A stretch of 64,000 nt of DNA from Haliotis rubra (taxonomy: Eukaryota): contig NW_025765015.1 of the NCBI RefSeq assembly GCF_003918875.1, forward strand, positions 1,178,001 through 1,242,000. The letters are read 5' to 3'. Position 1 is the first letter of the stretch. Every line of letters starts with the position of its first letter. The notes beneath the pieces are model-generated. The model had not been told where the DNA came from and did not search any database. It saw only the letters and a program-made list of their open reading frames with translations. This document shows, piece by piece, positions 13,080-26,102 of the stretch. The translations under genes were made by a program, and so were the position numbers.

Positions 13080-13436
13080 GAGGGCCAGGATCTGAACCCG
13101 GGCAGCGCCTGCCACTACACGACTGGTGTGTACCAGCAGGTGGTTGTGGAGTTTAATCTCTCTACCTGAAGAAGGAAATTCACCTCGTGGCTAGATTAGC
13201 CAGGTCAGTCCTATCTTTGTACACACTGTATAGCTGTGATCTCCCACACTGCCTGCCTGGACACAGTCTCGCTGCGCACATCCAGTGAGTGAGTGTCCCA
13301 GTCATCTGTCTCCCTCTACCAGCCAGCTGTGTGACGGTCCGCCAGCCAGCCAGTCTGCCAGTGTTGCCTCTCTCAGGTGTAGCAGACAGACGTTGTGTGC
13401 CGCAGGGACTGTTGTTACTGGAGAGGAGGATACAAG
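13080..13436 (+). promoter_or_regulatory. Putative promoter/5'UTR of the upstream IRBIT first exon
   Basis: Non-repetitive, locally GC/CpG-richer stretch directly upstream of a well-placed ATG. TSS cannot be located from sequence. Confidence 0.3.
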
Positions 13437-13508
13437 ATGGCCAACTTACAGCCTATGCTAAGCCGATCTCGTAGACCGTCACATGCAATAGAGGAAAGAG
13501 TCGTACAG
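13437..13508 (+). CDS. AHCYL1: Candidate first coding exon of the IRBIT/AHCYL gene (MANLQPMLSRSRRPSHAIEERVVQ)
   Basis: Strong start context ACAAG-ATG-G, 24 open codons, phase-0 donor CAG|GTAGTA that matches the phase-0 acceptor at 38437. No homology recognised in the peptide itself. Confidence 0.5.
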
Positions 13509-14125
13509 GTAGTAGAATCTCACAAACACTTCTCAGTTTGAAGCATGACAACTCGATACATGTTACCAAATCTATCTTATTTCAGTCATGGGACAACTAC
13601 ATTGATTGTATTTTGACTACATAAAGCTATCATTTTGTACACAATATTTATGTGTCTCACTGATCAAGTGGTACGTACACATATTGATTCCTCTGTTGTA
13701 TATAGGAAGCAGATGTGGTGAACTTTGTTTTGATGACTCTATTGTTTGTACACATGCTGGTGTTGTGGGAGACTTTGTGGTCCCTGGAGTCCATCACTGG
13801 AATAGCAGCATATGACTGCCCTTACGTACATTCCCTGTCGTGAAGCCATGCACTATTGAGACAGTATGTTTTTCACATTGCAACATGGCAGTGAGTGAGC
13901 CACACCAGCAGTGAGTGATCTGCAGTCAGAGCACTGTATACTGTGTCACCCTGACACACAAAAGGATACAAATGTTCCACTCACAGATTTGACGTTTGTC
14001 ATGAGGTAATTGTATAGAAATGAGCAGTACATTCACATACAACATTCTCCTGCCAGAGTAATAGCTACTGCATGTAACTCTACATAAGACATACACCTTC
14101 TCCACAATGTGTTATATGCATTACT

Positions 14126-14206
14126 GCGCACACGCACGCACACGCACGCACGCACGCACGACGCGACGCGCGACGCACGCGCGCACGCACGCACGCACGC
14201 ACGCAC

Positions 14207-14257
<51 letters not shown>
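14126..14257. repeat. Compound (GCAC)n/(CA)n microsatellite
   Basis: Direct inspection; largely alternating purine-pyrimidine. Confidence 0.97.
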
Positions 14258-14259
<2 letters not shown>

Positions 14260-16204
14260 TTGTAACTTAACATTAACAGAGGATTCCATACAAATGATGT
14301 GTTTATTAAGGATAAAGTTACCTTAATAGTTAACTATGTTTGTCAAAATATGAACATGGATTGTAAAAGTCTACAAAATGGTGTCACTTGAATATAAAAT
14401 TTGGAATTGAAATTAAGGTGGCTTATGCTATTGACATGCTAATTGGCAGAAAATGTCCATATCTCAATGGTCTGTTTTGATGGTAGCCTGCCGCCAGGTC
14501 AGTGATGTATGGTCGGTAGATATTCATCATGTTCATGTGTTGTCATCCATTGCTCAACTTGACAAGACAGGACCTAAAACAAACAAATCTGGTGTTAGCC
14601 ATATACATGATAAAGGCAGGTTGGCATCACAAAGATTGTGTGTTCCTTTGAAAAATTACAATGTGGTTAAAATGAACATACTGTCTAATGGACTGACAGG
14701 AACTGGCAGTAAACTGGACTGAGCTGTGGTAGAACTGGCAAGGGTATTATGTTTCTTGATTTTCACATATTTTCTGTAATGTTCATGACAGTATTTCAAG
14801 GTTATGGCCTTAACTTCCAACAATATAGCTACCAAGATCTTCAGTTCCATATCCCAACATTCTTTCAGTTAACTATGTAATATGTAACAAATGCTGGTTT
14901 ACTTTGGAAAATGTTAAAATATATTTTTCCTACCACACAATCCTTCAATTCAGTGCTATATTTCAGAAGATTATATTCCGCTCAATCAACCTTTACATCT
15001 TAAGTAGGATTTTAAAAGTTACATTTCTGCCAAGTTATAATTAAGTTAAAATTGATAGTTTCGACAGGCTGCAGAAGTCATGTGGTGTTAATTCTCCAGC
15101 ATCAGCACTTGAGGAGTTTGATGGAGGTGCTGTGTGGGTACTTTGTGTGTGTTTGTCAGTCAGCAGCAGCACTGCAAGTGATGTAGGCTTCGTGTAGGAG
15201 TCCGATGGACTCAAATGAGGTTTTGATATGTGCTGGAGAGACACCTCAGCTTGGAAGATAAAAGGAGAGATTGAGAAGCAACAGGAGCTCGAACATCTTC
15301 ATCACTAATTTGATTGAATGTGTTTCTGTGACAGTCCCCTTACATTAGGGATTGAAGATGATAAAGATGGATTATGGTTAATTGTGTTACTGACAAAGCT
15401 AATAGTCTGACATATCTCAAAGATCGATATGTACTTTTTTCTCCCGAATCTGTCATTTATGAAAGTGATGTGCCAGTGGCTGTGTTTTAGTGGTGTCTGA
15501 TCCAGTACAGGGGAAGCAGACAGCAGGACAATAGCCATCTGAGGGTCCTTGTAATCAGGTAGCCAACAAGTCCACCATTGTTTCTCTAGGGCAGTGTCCT
15601 CTGTGCATACCCCATTATACACAGGATGCCAGCAGTCACAATTAGCTCATACTGGTGGAGATTGGCTGAACTGTATTATTAAAAACACATTCAAAACACT
15701 AATTTCTTCAATTGTTTGGAGTGGTAGAGACTATGGAGCAGATCACTTGTGGCGATGGGGTAATGAATTTTCAAAAATAAGTGCATAAAAAATAGACACT
15801 TTCTAAACGTATGTATTTTTGCAATTTTTGTGTGTAATATTTACAAAAAATGTTATTCATGAAAAACTATGGATTGTACTTAGCTAGTTCCAAATAGCAT
15901 TCCTACCTTCCTTCTCCAGAACATAATTTTAGTAAAGTTGGAAATAAAACATTTAATTCATAGTGGGCTCCTTCATAATTTCCCTAAATCTCACCGCAGT
16001 AGTGTTAATTACAATACTGTGTGTCGTGCGTATCATGAACTCAATAATATTTGACGTTTGGAAGCACATGTTTTGTTACTAACTTGTATAAAACAGTTAT
16101 GCTGTGACTTTCATCCTGGTGAAACTTTATTGTTTTGTCATGTATTGACTAAACACTAAATTTGTAACTAAAATTTAACAAGCAACTAGTCTATGAATGC
16201 TGTT

Positions 16205-16674
16205 CAGAGGCCCAGATAAGCTGCGTATCTGGGTAAAATACGCATAGAATTACACATTGAAAAATAATTGTTGTGTACCAATTACGCATTTAAAATGTTA
16301 GATACACAGAGAGTTTAAAACAAATGCGTACAGAATATATTTATAAAAATGAAAAAGACATCGATTGCTATCAAGTTGTACTGTTAGTATAGGACAAGTG
16401 TTGTACTGTCAGTATAGGATGAGTGATTTTTTATGAAATCATTTCCATTATATTTAAGTTGCATTTGATTAGGTATGACATAAGGCAGAACATACCTGCT
16501 TAGTAAACTTACTCAGTCACATAATGCCTAGGTGAGTAAAATGACTGAAATACGCACATATTTGAAAGCAGTGGGTGATGGAAAATGAAATACCCACTCA
16601 ACATTTATAATACCCACTCCAAAAAATACAGTGGGTACAGTACCCACATGAGCTAAATCTTATCTGGAGCTCTG
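16205..16674. mobile_element. hAT-like MITE, 470 bp, 6-bp TSD
   Basis: TIR CAGAGGCCCAGATAAG / CTTATCTGGAGCTCTG, flanked by GCTGTT on both sides (16199-16204, 16675-16680). Confidence 0.85.
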
Positions 16675-18168
16675 GCTGTTGATTACATCCTGGACTGTGA
16701 TATCAGGTAAACAGCTTCATTTACCTTGCCGACCACTACCGGTGTTCTTGATGAACAAGATAACATACAAGAGCCACTGATTCCTGTCCATTCCTGCTGC
16801 TTCTGAAATATGGTCAAGCATGTGACATGTGACACTGAGACTGGAAATGAGGTGGCGTTCAGCTGCTCTCAGCTGTACAAGGACAGTGTTGTCGAGATTG
16901 TACTGTCCATGAACTGCTCATTGTCAACTCCACACATAACAACATGTCCAAAGGCCCTCAGTATAGGTTCACGACATCATGGAGACACTGTGGGATAGCT
17001 GATAAAGTGGCTTGACCATGTTGACTTACTCAAGGGTTTGCATCCCATGAAGCTGTTAATGGCTGGAATATTAATAAGCCAATCACTCACTCACCCAGAT
17101 GTGCTGGCAGGTTTATTTATTGTAGATTTAGTTGATAAAATAAAGGATACTAAATTAAAATATATTTAAACAAATCTGGATAGGTAATATTTTGACAGGA
17201 TTAGCAATATATTAGACCTGATACTCAGTACCATAGTGTCTGAAATTTAAACACTGTTACATGTATTTCAGATAGGAAATCCATCACTGTGTTACTTCAT
17301 AACAGATGATATAACTTGTGGTAATAGTGAAGCAGCGTCTAAAACACTCCTACAGCTACAACGACCACAGGTGCACTATATCATAGACTTGGACCACTGC
17401 TAGCTAGGTTGTCTGTGGACAGCTACATGAGAGTGTACTCCACCCTCCACCACCAGATGACCCCAAGAGCTGTTGACTGACTACCTTCTGTGCAGATATA
17501 TTAAGGATACATTTATAAATGAAAATTAATGTTGTGTATCATGCAGGTTGCTTGAGTCACATATTCCAATCACACACACCACACGTTCCTATATTGTTAA
17601 TGAGTATTTGCTTACTTTTATCAGGATTTGAGACTGAGACTCTTTAATCTTTGAGTTGGTAGTTAGGTCAATGTACATATATTTATAGTCTGGGCAGTCT
17701 CCCAGGGAATTACTGGTGTCACAAATCTTCACCTCCTTCTGGTGACATTGGGATGTAAATCCACTGTAAAAGCCATTATGATTGGCCAGGAATATATTTA
17801 TGATTCACAGAGTACAGCCACTGGGTTATGCTGCTGTAAACAGAATTTCATAGTCACGTCTCTTTCGATCAAGTGAGCTTTGCTAATAAATGTCTGTATA
17901 TTAACACCAAAATATACTAGATACAATATCATGTGACAGGTTCCTGCAAGTAGATCAGAATGTTTGGCACAGACAGGACCTTCATTTCCACTTTGGTTAA
18001 AGCTTTTAGTAATTTGGTTCTGTTATATTGTTATAAGACAATTACTAGTTGATCATGGCAGCATGGACATTCGGCCCAGCCAGGTGTCCTTGGAGCAGAG
18101 ATTTACATTATTTATTCCAATACTGTGTTATTTAATGGCATCCATTGTGACCACCAGCTGCATCCTTG

Positions 18169-19032
18169 ACAAGGTCACGGCATTGGGCCTGCATATCAGG
18201 TATAAGGTGAGATATAGAGCAAATAGTCCAGCCATACCTCACAAGGTCACGGCATTGGGCCTGCATATAGGGTATAAGGTGAGATATAGAGCAAATAGTC
18301 CAGCCATACCTCACAAGGTCACGGCATTGGGCCTGCATATAGGGTATAAGGTGAGATATAGAGCAAATAGTCCAGCCATACCTCACAAGGTCACGGCATT
18401 GGGCCTGCATATAGGGTATAAGTTGAGATATAGAGCAAATAGTCCAGCCATACCTCACAAGATCACGGCATTGGGCCTGCATATAAGGTATATGGTGAGA
18501 TATAGAGCGAATAGTCCAGCCATACCTCACAAGGTCACGGCATTGGGCCTGCATATAGGGTATAAGGTGAGATATAGAGCGAATAGTCCAGCCATACCTC
18601 ACAAGATCACGGCATTGGGCCTGCATACAGGGTATAAGTTGAGATATAGAGCGAATAGTCCAGCCATACCTCACAAGGTCACGGCATTGGGCCTGCCTAT
18701 AGGGTATAAGGTGAGATATAGAGCGAATAGTCCAGCCATACCTCACAAGGTCACGGCATTGGGCCTGCATATAGTGTATAAGGTGAGATATAGAGCGAAT
18801 AGTCCAGCCATACCTCACAAGGTCACGGCATTGGGCCTGCATATAGTGTATAAGGTGAGATATAGAGCGAATAGTCCAGCCATACCACACAAGGTCACGG
18901 CATTGGGCCTGCCTATAGGGTATAAGTTGAGATATAGAGCAAATAGTCCAGCCATACCTCACAAGGTCACGGCATTGGGCCTGCATATAGGGTATAAGTT
19001 GAGATATAGAGCAAATAGTCCAGCCATACCTC
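18169..19032. repeat. Minisatellite, 72-bp unit, ~12 copies
   Basis: ACAAGGTCACGGCATTGGGCCTGCATATAGGGTATAAGGTGAGATATAGAGCAAATAGTCCAGCCATACCTC. Gives the 24-aa periodic ORFs. Confidence 0.98.
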
Positions 19033-19529
19033 GCAATGGGAATTGTGTTTTACTGTTTCTCTGCTGATGGATTTATCTGTTGAAGCATCTTGGCAACACT
19101 GGCTGCTGTACAACCATTTTAGGTTATAATGCCATTATAGGGCTCTGGCTTCCGACATCATCTGCAACATTTGGATCACAAATTACCGGTAACACAGGTT
19201 TCGCCCAGATTATTAAGATAGACATACACATACACAAAAGGTTGAACATCACGAGGTCAACTGGTCAGAAATGTTAGAAATCTAAAATTTAAAGTGTAAT
19301 TGTCTGGACATTTATATGCAGCTTATACATTGCAGTTCATGTCCATTTGTGTTAAACTTGAGGTTGTACTAGAAGTACAAGTTGAACTACCGACCAAGTC
19401 AGTAATATGCTGACAATAAGCATGCACATAGAACACTTTAGTATCAATAAAAGAAATTTGTCAATTACTCCAAGGTTCTGACAGGCTTGAAACGCCCTTA
19501 ACTTTGAATCTTATTTAAAATGGTGTCAT

Positions 19530-20330
19530 TAAATTGAGAATACAGATTCTAAATTTCAACAGTTCCAGGCATACATCCATTCCTCATTTAGACTTCCTTC
19601 CCAAGAAGCCTAGTTCTGTGATCACCCAAATTATATGTGTGAATTTTCAATGTATGTTGCATTCATCCAGCCAACTAGAGCATGATAACACTACAACTAT
19701 GTTCCATGATTCATCTGTTGTTTCCAGCATCTTGATGAGCTTGGCCATAGTATGACACTGAACTCCATTTGTTTAAATGATCCCAATTGATGGAACTTGT
19801 GAGGAATCCTGCTGCTGCATGCTTGATGAGCTGATCACACTGGTCCGATGACTGGTGTGATGAAGTATAGGGACTTGACTTTCTAATCATGCTAATGACC
19901 ATCTCAACCTTTTCATTTGATTGGAAGGTGAGCAAATTGTTTGTCATGCGATGGAGCCCATGAGATTCACACTCTTCACTCTGTAGGTTACAAAGGACAG
20001 TTGTATACTGCTCTGTAAAGGAACTGAAGATATACATCAAATTCATGGTGCCTGACATACAAGGAAGAACACCTTTGTAAATCCTTCCCAAATTTACCCA
20101 GATATGACACTCGAATGATATGTACTTTTTGGTTTAGCAAACATTGTGGACATTGCTGGGGGAGTAATAAAAATGTGATTCTGCTGAATTATATTTAAAG
20201 ATCTGGAGTCCTACCCAAACATCTTTGATGTCACATATGCCAATACAAGTCAGTGGAAGTTTTTGAAATCTGAGGCATTCTGTACACAAGACACACCTTT
20301 TCCATAAATTGCATGGACTTTCATCAGACA
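19530..20330 (-). mobile_element. Decayed Ty3/Gypsy-type integrase relic
   Basis: Colinear remnants on - strand: CxxC-like CVLCTEC..QKLP...VW (ORF 20134-20331), then GVLP and QSEEC..HGLH.MT....FQSNEKVEMVISMIRK (ORF 19711-20091, compare integrase PQSNGxxERxVxTIK), then MPGTVE near 19570. Confidence 0.45.
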
Positions 20331-20492
20331 ACTACAACATTGTGTAGTCTCTCTTTACATGACTGATACACCTAGGTGTCAGTGTCACTGTTTTTTTGCA
20401 AACAAGAAGACTTACTTTTGTCAGACTGGTATAGATGTACCAGGATTAGGTAGGATGTTTTGATTCCAGTTTGGTTGATGTACAAACGCTAG

Positions 20493-21793
20493 GACAACTG
20501 TGGACAAGTCATGTGAATGTGATATTGTAAGGCATGAAGTAATGGTGCTATATGATGAATATGTTTACTGGGCAACTGTGGACAAGTCATATGAATGTGA
20601 TATTGTAAGGCATGAAGTAATGGTGCTATATGATGAATATGTTTACTGGGCAACTGTGGACAAGTCATATGAATGTGATATTGTAAGGCATGAAGTAATG
20701 GTGCTATATGATGAATATGTTTACTGGGCAAGGCTGAAGTAATGGACAAGTCATGGTGAATGTGATATTGTAAGGCATGAAGTAATGGTGCTATATGATG
20801 AATATGTTTACTGGGCAACTGTGGACAAGTCATGTGAATGTGATATTGTAAGGCATGAAGTAATGGTGCTATATGATGAATATGTTTACTGGACAACTGT
20901 GGACAAGTCATATGAATGTGATATTGTAAGGCATGAAGTAATGGTGCTATATGATGAATATGTTTACTGGGCAACTGTGGACAAGTCATGTGAATGTGAT
21001 ATTGTAAGGCATGAAGTAATGGTGCTATATGATGAATATGTTTTTACTGGACAACTGTGGACAAGTCATGAATATGTTTACTGGACAACTGTGGATGTGA
21101 TATTGTAAGGCATGAAGTAATGGTGCTATATGATGAATATGTTTACTGGGCAACTGTGGACAAGTCATGTGAATGTGATATTGTAAGGCATGAAGTAATG
21201 GTGCTATATGATGAATATGTTTACTGGGCAACTGTGGACAAGTCATGTGAATGTGATATTGTAAGGCATGAAGTAATGGTGCTATATGATGAATATGTTT
21301 ACTGGGCAACTGTGGACAAGTCATATGAATGTGATATGCATGAAATGTGATATTGAATATGTTTACTGGGCAACTGTGAAGTAATGTAAGGCATGTGCTA
21401 TATGATGAATATGTTTACTGGGCATCTGTGGACAAGTCATGTGAATGTGATATTGTAAGGCATGAAGTAATGGTGCTATATGATGAATATGTTTACTGGG
21501 CAACTGTGGACAAGTCATGTGAATGTGATATTGTAAGGCATGAAGTAATGGTGCTATATGATGAATATGTTTACTGGACAACTGTGGACAAGTCATGTGA
21601 ATGTGATATTGTAAGGCATGAAGTAATGGTGCTATATGATGAATATGTTTACTGGGCAACTGTGGACAAGTCATATGAATGTGATATTGTAAGGCATGAA
21701 GTAATGGTGCTATATGATGAATATGTTTACTGGGCAACTGTGGACAAGTCATGTGAATGTGATATTGTAAGGCATGAAGTAATGGTGCTATAT
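20493..21793. repeat. Minisatellite, 78-bp unit, ~16 copies with internal rearrangements
   Basis: CAACTGTGGACAAGTCATGTGAATGTGATATTGTAAGGCATGAAG... at 20495, 20573... Confidence 0.98.
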
Positions 21794-23588
21794 GTCTCCC
21801 CATGTAAGTGAGATTGCTGATGGGTTTGGGTCCATGTCATAGCATATGTATTGATTGTCACATAAGAGGATTAAGGCGTTAAGCTTAGTTGGAGGAGAGG
21901 GCTCAGATCTTCTCCCTACTTCCCTAGTGTCCAGGCCCACTGAAGATGCAACCACATCCCCAACAATCTCAGCCTGGGATTTACAGGATAAAGGGACTTC
22001 AGATTAATAAACAACTATCGGCAGTCTTTACTGCCGTGTTGGAATACACTTCAGGGCATGGAAAGGTTAGACCCAGATACTGGAGCACTAACAAGTAAAG
22101 AACAAGGATGACAGTAGCATCATAAGCAAAGGTTGGATGAGCATACTGGAAGCATCACTGTGACCATGGTGACAAAACAATATTAGGACAAAGGACATTG
22201 AGATGCAATGTCAAGTATACTGGAACTCCACACATGTAGGAGTATGTGGGTGACCCTACATGGCATCTCCCAAGCCTAACCTTGTCTGCACTTGGCACCT
22301 GGCTCCGGCATATGAATCAGGTGGATGATATTCCAACAAATATGTTTTCCTAATTGGAAATACACCAACTTAATACATTGTTGAAAAGTATGTGCAATCG
22401 ATAGAAAGATCTTATTTCCTTACATCGATACTTTGACATTTTCCTAAGCATTAAATGTGTTATGCATATGCCTTTGAGGTGCAGAATTGTCACAGAACTC
22501 CAAACTAAGCTGCTCACAAGCCTGAAGAAGAAATATATTTGGAAGCTGTTTCCTTGCAACAAAATTTCGAATGGCTATTTTAAGGGAATCAGTCAAAGTA
22601 TATGGTTCAACTTAGGTTAGGGATAATCAGATATCTCATCTTAATTTTATATACATTTGACATGTGAAAATCATTTTTGTTTGTATCTTGGAAAGATAAA
22701 AGTATTCCAAAATATGTGGAACAGTATAGTTATAAAGAATCATCATGCTTTTACCAAAATGGTTGAGGGGCAAAATATTCTCAAGCAGATGCCTCTTCAC
22801 TCCCAGGAATGACATTTACATATGCATATTCATGATATTTTAGGCCTGACCCAGTTATCAATGACATTAATTCCAGAACATCATTTAAAAAAACAAATGC
22901 TTTAACTTCAAGTACTTGTAAATAGGGACCATCTATTCAGCTACTCACGTTTGGACATACAGGTGGATGTGAATGTTAGATAATAGTACTGATATGCACT
23001 CTATTGAAGCTATCAAGATGTAATATGTTAAATGCAGACAATTAACACTACTTTAGTAACTATGGAGCAGCCTGTTCCGGAGGAAGTTTAATTGCCTCCT
23101 TCCACATTGATGTTGCTGTGGGACAATGGCTGTAATTGATGTAGACTAGAAAATGGGTTTATCACATCATCTGGTTTGGTCTGCCAAAAAGTCCTAGTTT
23201 TCTTGTAATAGTTAGTTGTGTACAAGTGGTCATTGACAACCTAGACAGTGACCAGTACATTTGTAGGGTGAGTTGCATCATCTGCATCAGTACTGGTTTC
23301 TTGCAAATGTGAATCTGAGTTTGTTTTTCTATTATTGTATTCAGTGACAGCTGAGCAATGGAGTTTGTCTGAGGACTGAGGCAGCACAAGGTTTCTAGGC
23401 TCAGTTGTTGTTGCTTGTACTGGTTGTACAGATTTGTATATGTGGGGACCAACACACCTTGATGGTGAAGCAAGTGTATTTGGGTGTGTAGGACAAAGGG
23501 AAGGACTGATGACTGTGGTGCTATGAGTAGTTCTGATCAGAATGCATTTTGCAATCTCTTTTGAAGGCATGGGTTCTGTCTGCCGTAT

Positions 23589-24146
23589 CATGTGACTCAG
23601 TGTGCCCTGTCTGCAGCAACATGTGACTCAGTGTGCCCTGTCTGCAGCAACATGTGACTCAATATGCCCTGTCTGCAGCAACATGTGACTCAGTGTGCCC
23701 TGTCTGCAGCAACATGTGACTCAGTGTGCCCTGTCTGCAGCAACATGTGACTCAGTGTGCCCTGTCTGCAGCAACATGTGACTCAGTGTGCCCTGTGTGC
23801 AGCAACATGTGACTCAGTGTGCCCTGTCTACAGCAACATGTGACTCAGTGTGCCCTGTCTGCAGCAACATGTGACTCAGTGTGCCCTGTGTGCAGCAACA
23901 TGTGACTCAATATGCCCTGTCTGCAGCAACATGTGACTCAGTATGCCCTGTCTGCAGCAACATGTGACTCAGTGTGCCCTGTCTGCAGCAACATGTGACT
24001 CAATATGCCCTGTCTGCAGCAACATGTGACTCAGTGTGCCCTGTCTGCAGCAACATGTGACTCAGTGTGCCCTGTCTGCAGCAACATGTGACTCAGTGTG
24101 CCCTGTCTGCAGCAACATGTGACTCAGTGTGCCCTGTGTGCAGCAG
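23589..24146. repeat. Minisatellite, 31-bp unit, ~18 copies
   Basis: CATGTGACTCAGTGTGCCCTGTCTGCAGCAA. Confidence 0.98.
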
Positions 24147-24549
24147 TATTTGGCTCAGTATGACAGTACAGGCATGAGGCTCAATTCTCTGTGTCTGCAG
24201 AATGTGGCTTGGCACAGTGGCACAATATCTGTGTAAAGGAAAATGTTTTCTGGCTTCCTAGGTAATAATAGAGACATTGAAGTGCTCCAGTACACAAGAT
24301 GGTTTGTGACAAGACATCCTATATGAACTTCTATGGCCAAGAACTGACCACAAACTGACCACAGTGAGAACAAGTACCTTAATATGTTTCAACTCACCAA
24401 ACAGGGTTCTTATTGTTACAAAGCAAGGGACAATTCTTGGGGAATCCAGGTTCTTGCAAAGTTATATTACTGTGCCTTTATATGATAAACATGCTTGTTG
24501 GGTGATCTTGTACCAGCAGGTCTGAAGAAAGATCATCCACACCGTCCAG

Positions 24550-26102
24550 TGGATGGGATATAGAGATTACTAAACGAGTGTCTGTCAGATACCATTTATC
24601 TTACGAGTTGTAAGACAAATGGTATCTGAAAGACACGAGTACAGTAATCTGTTTCTTACACACCATAAAATCGCACCATTTTATGGTCGAATAGATTGAA
24701 TCTCAAATTTCATATTTTCTCATCGCAGCTGCGCAATAATACACAACACAACTTTTATGAATGAGTGACGTCACTTGGCTTCCTAATCACTACTCATCGC
24801 CATGGTGACCCTCCACAAAAAAGTTTCTGCCACCTCTTCGCATCATTAAGGCAATAGTGATAATGAAAACTAGATAAGATCACAGAAAATTAATTAAACC
24901 CTCTAAAACGATGATGTTACCATGCAAATGTGGATGGTTTTAATTCTTGCAAGCGTAAACTATTTGAGCTTGTGACGTCATCGTTATCGCTGGGTGGTTG
25001 TCGTCATCGGAAGATTGTTTTGGATATCTCTGTACTTGTGTACCAGTTTACGTTCAATGTTCTCCCATCGACCGGAGCCAAAACTTTTGAGTGTGTGTAA
25101 TTAGGTACACCCAGTGTGCTTGAATGTTACATTGCTGAGGTTATGTTCACTATCAGTGGGAGACTACTCTTCTTCGCCACATCCTGAAACTGCCACTTGG
25201 AATGTAATACGGAGTTGTCAGTATGAAATGTGAGTTGATTACATCCTGTATTATCAAGACATAAACTTTGCATTATCATGCGGAATATCTTAGGCAATGA
25301 CTTATGTGTAGATCAACCGTTCCTGTACATGTTCGATTGAATAGAAAGGATGTGTGCCGCAATTTGCACTCATGAAGCCTTGCAAAACGTTCCATGTTGT
25401 ACATTGTTTTAACGTGTGTGTTTTGGTTCTGATTGTCATGAGTGAATTTGATAACATTGGAATCACATAGTATCTCGGAGCTGGAAGTGGGTCTTCATCA
25501 TGTTTATCAGTGAAAAATGTCATCTTCACCAATGCATCAAAGAAACAACAAGGCAAATCGATCTCCCAATGGACAAGCACTGACGTTTTCGTGTCAGGTA
25601 TTTTTGCAAGACGACACATGACACTTGTCCCATCTCTCCAGTAAAAGTACCAATGTTGTACATTTTGAATATTCGAAGGGAATCCCGGGCTTTATCTCTA
25701 ACGGTGATTTTCACATAATTGTTTACACAGGTATCACTGATTGTTCGAGCCATTTTGAATTCATGACTAGAAATCAAAAGTTTTAATATAAGGAATTAGA
25801 AAATTAATAGATTCGTGTTATATTTATTCTACTTGTGACTCATTGTATAAATCCCTGTTTATGTTGCAATCGCGAAAATAACAGGTAGGTGTAAAGGGGT
25901 ATTTTTTGCACAAGTAACCGGTTTTGTTTGATTGAAGCACGAGTAACTTGTCAATGAATTTTAATCAGGAAAGTAGTCCGTCATAACCTGACCCTAGGTC
26001 ATCACCATGGAGTAGCCAATCACGGGATTAGAAATCGATCTCACACATATGTGTGATACCAGTTTTCTCACATGGGTTTCTCACCCACGGGTGTGTAAGA
26101 AA
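24550..26102. mobile_element. Hairpin-headed element (Crypton-like architecture), copy C, ~1.55 kb
   Basis: Palindrome 24564-24650. Perfect 13-bp inverted repeat TTTCTTACACACC (24652-24664) / GGTGTGTAAGAAA (26090-26102). CpG-richer interior, TCTCAC motifs reiterated near the far end. Confidence 0.7.

Noticed and set aside
17964-19067. 367-aa ORF with 24-aa repeats and hydrophobic N-terminus
   Set aside because: 72-bp tandem repeat, also open on the opposite strand; begins at TTG, not ATG; no splice or homology support
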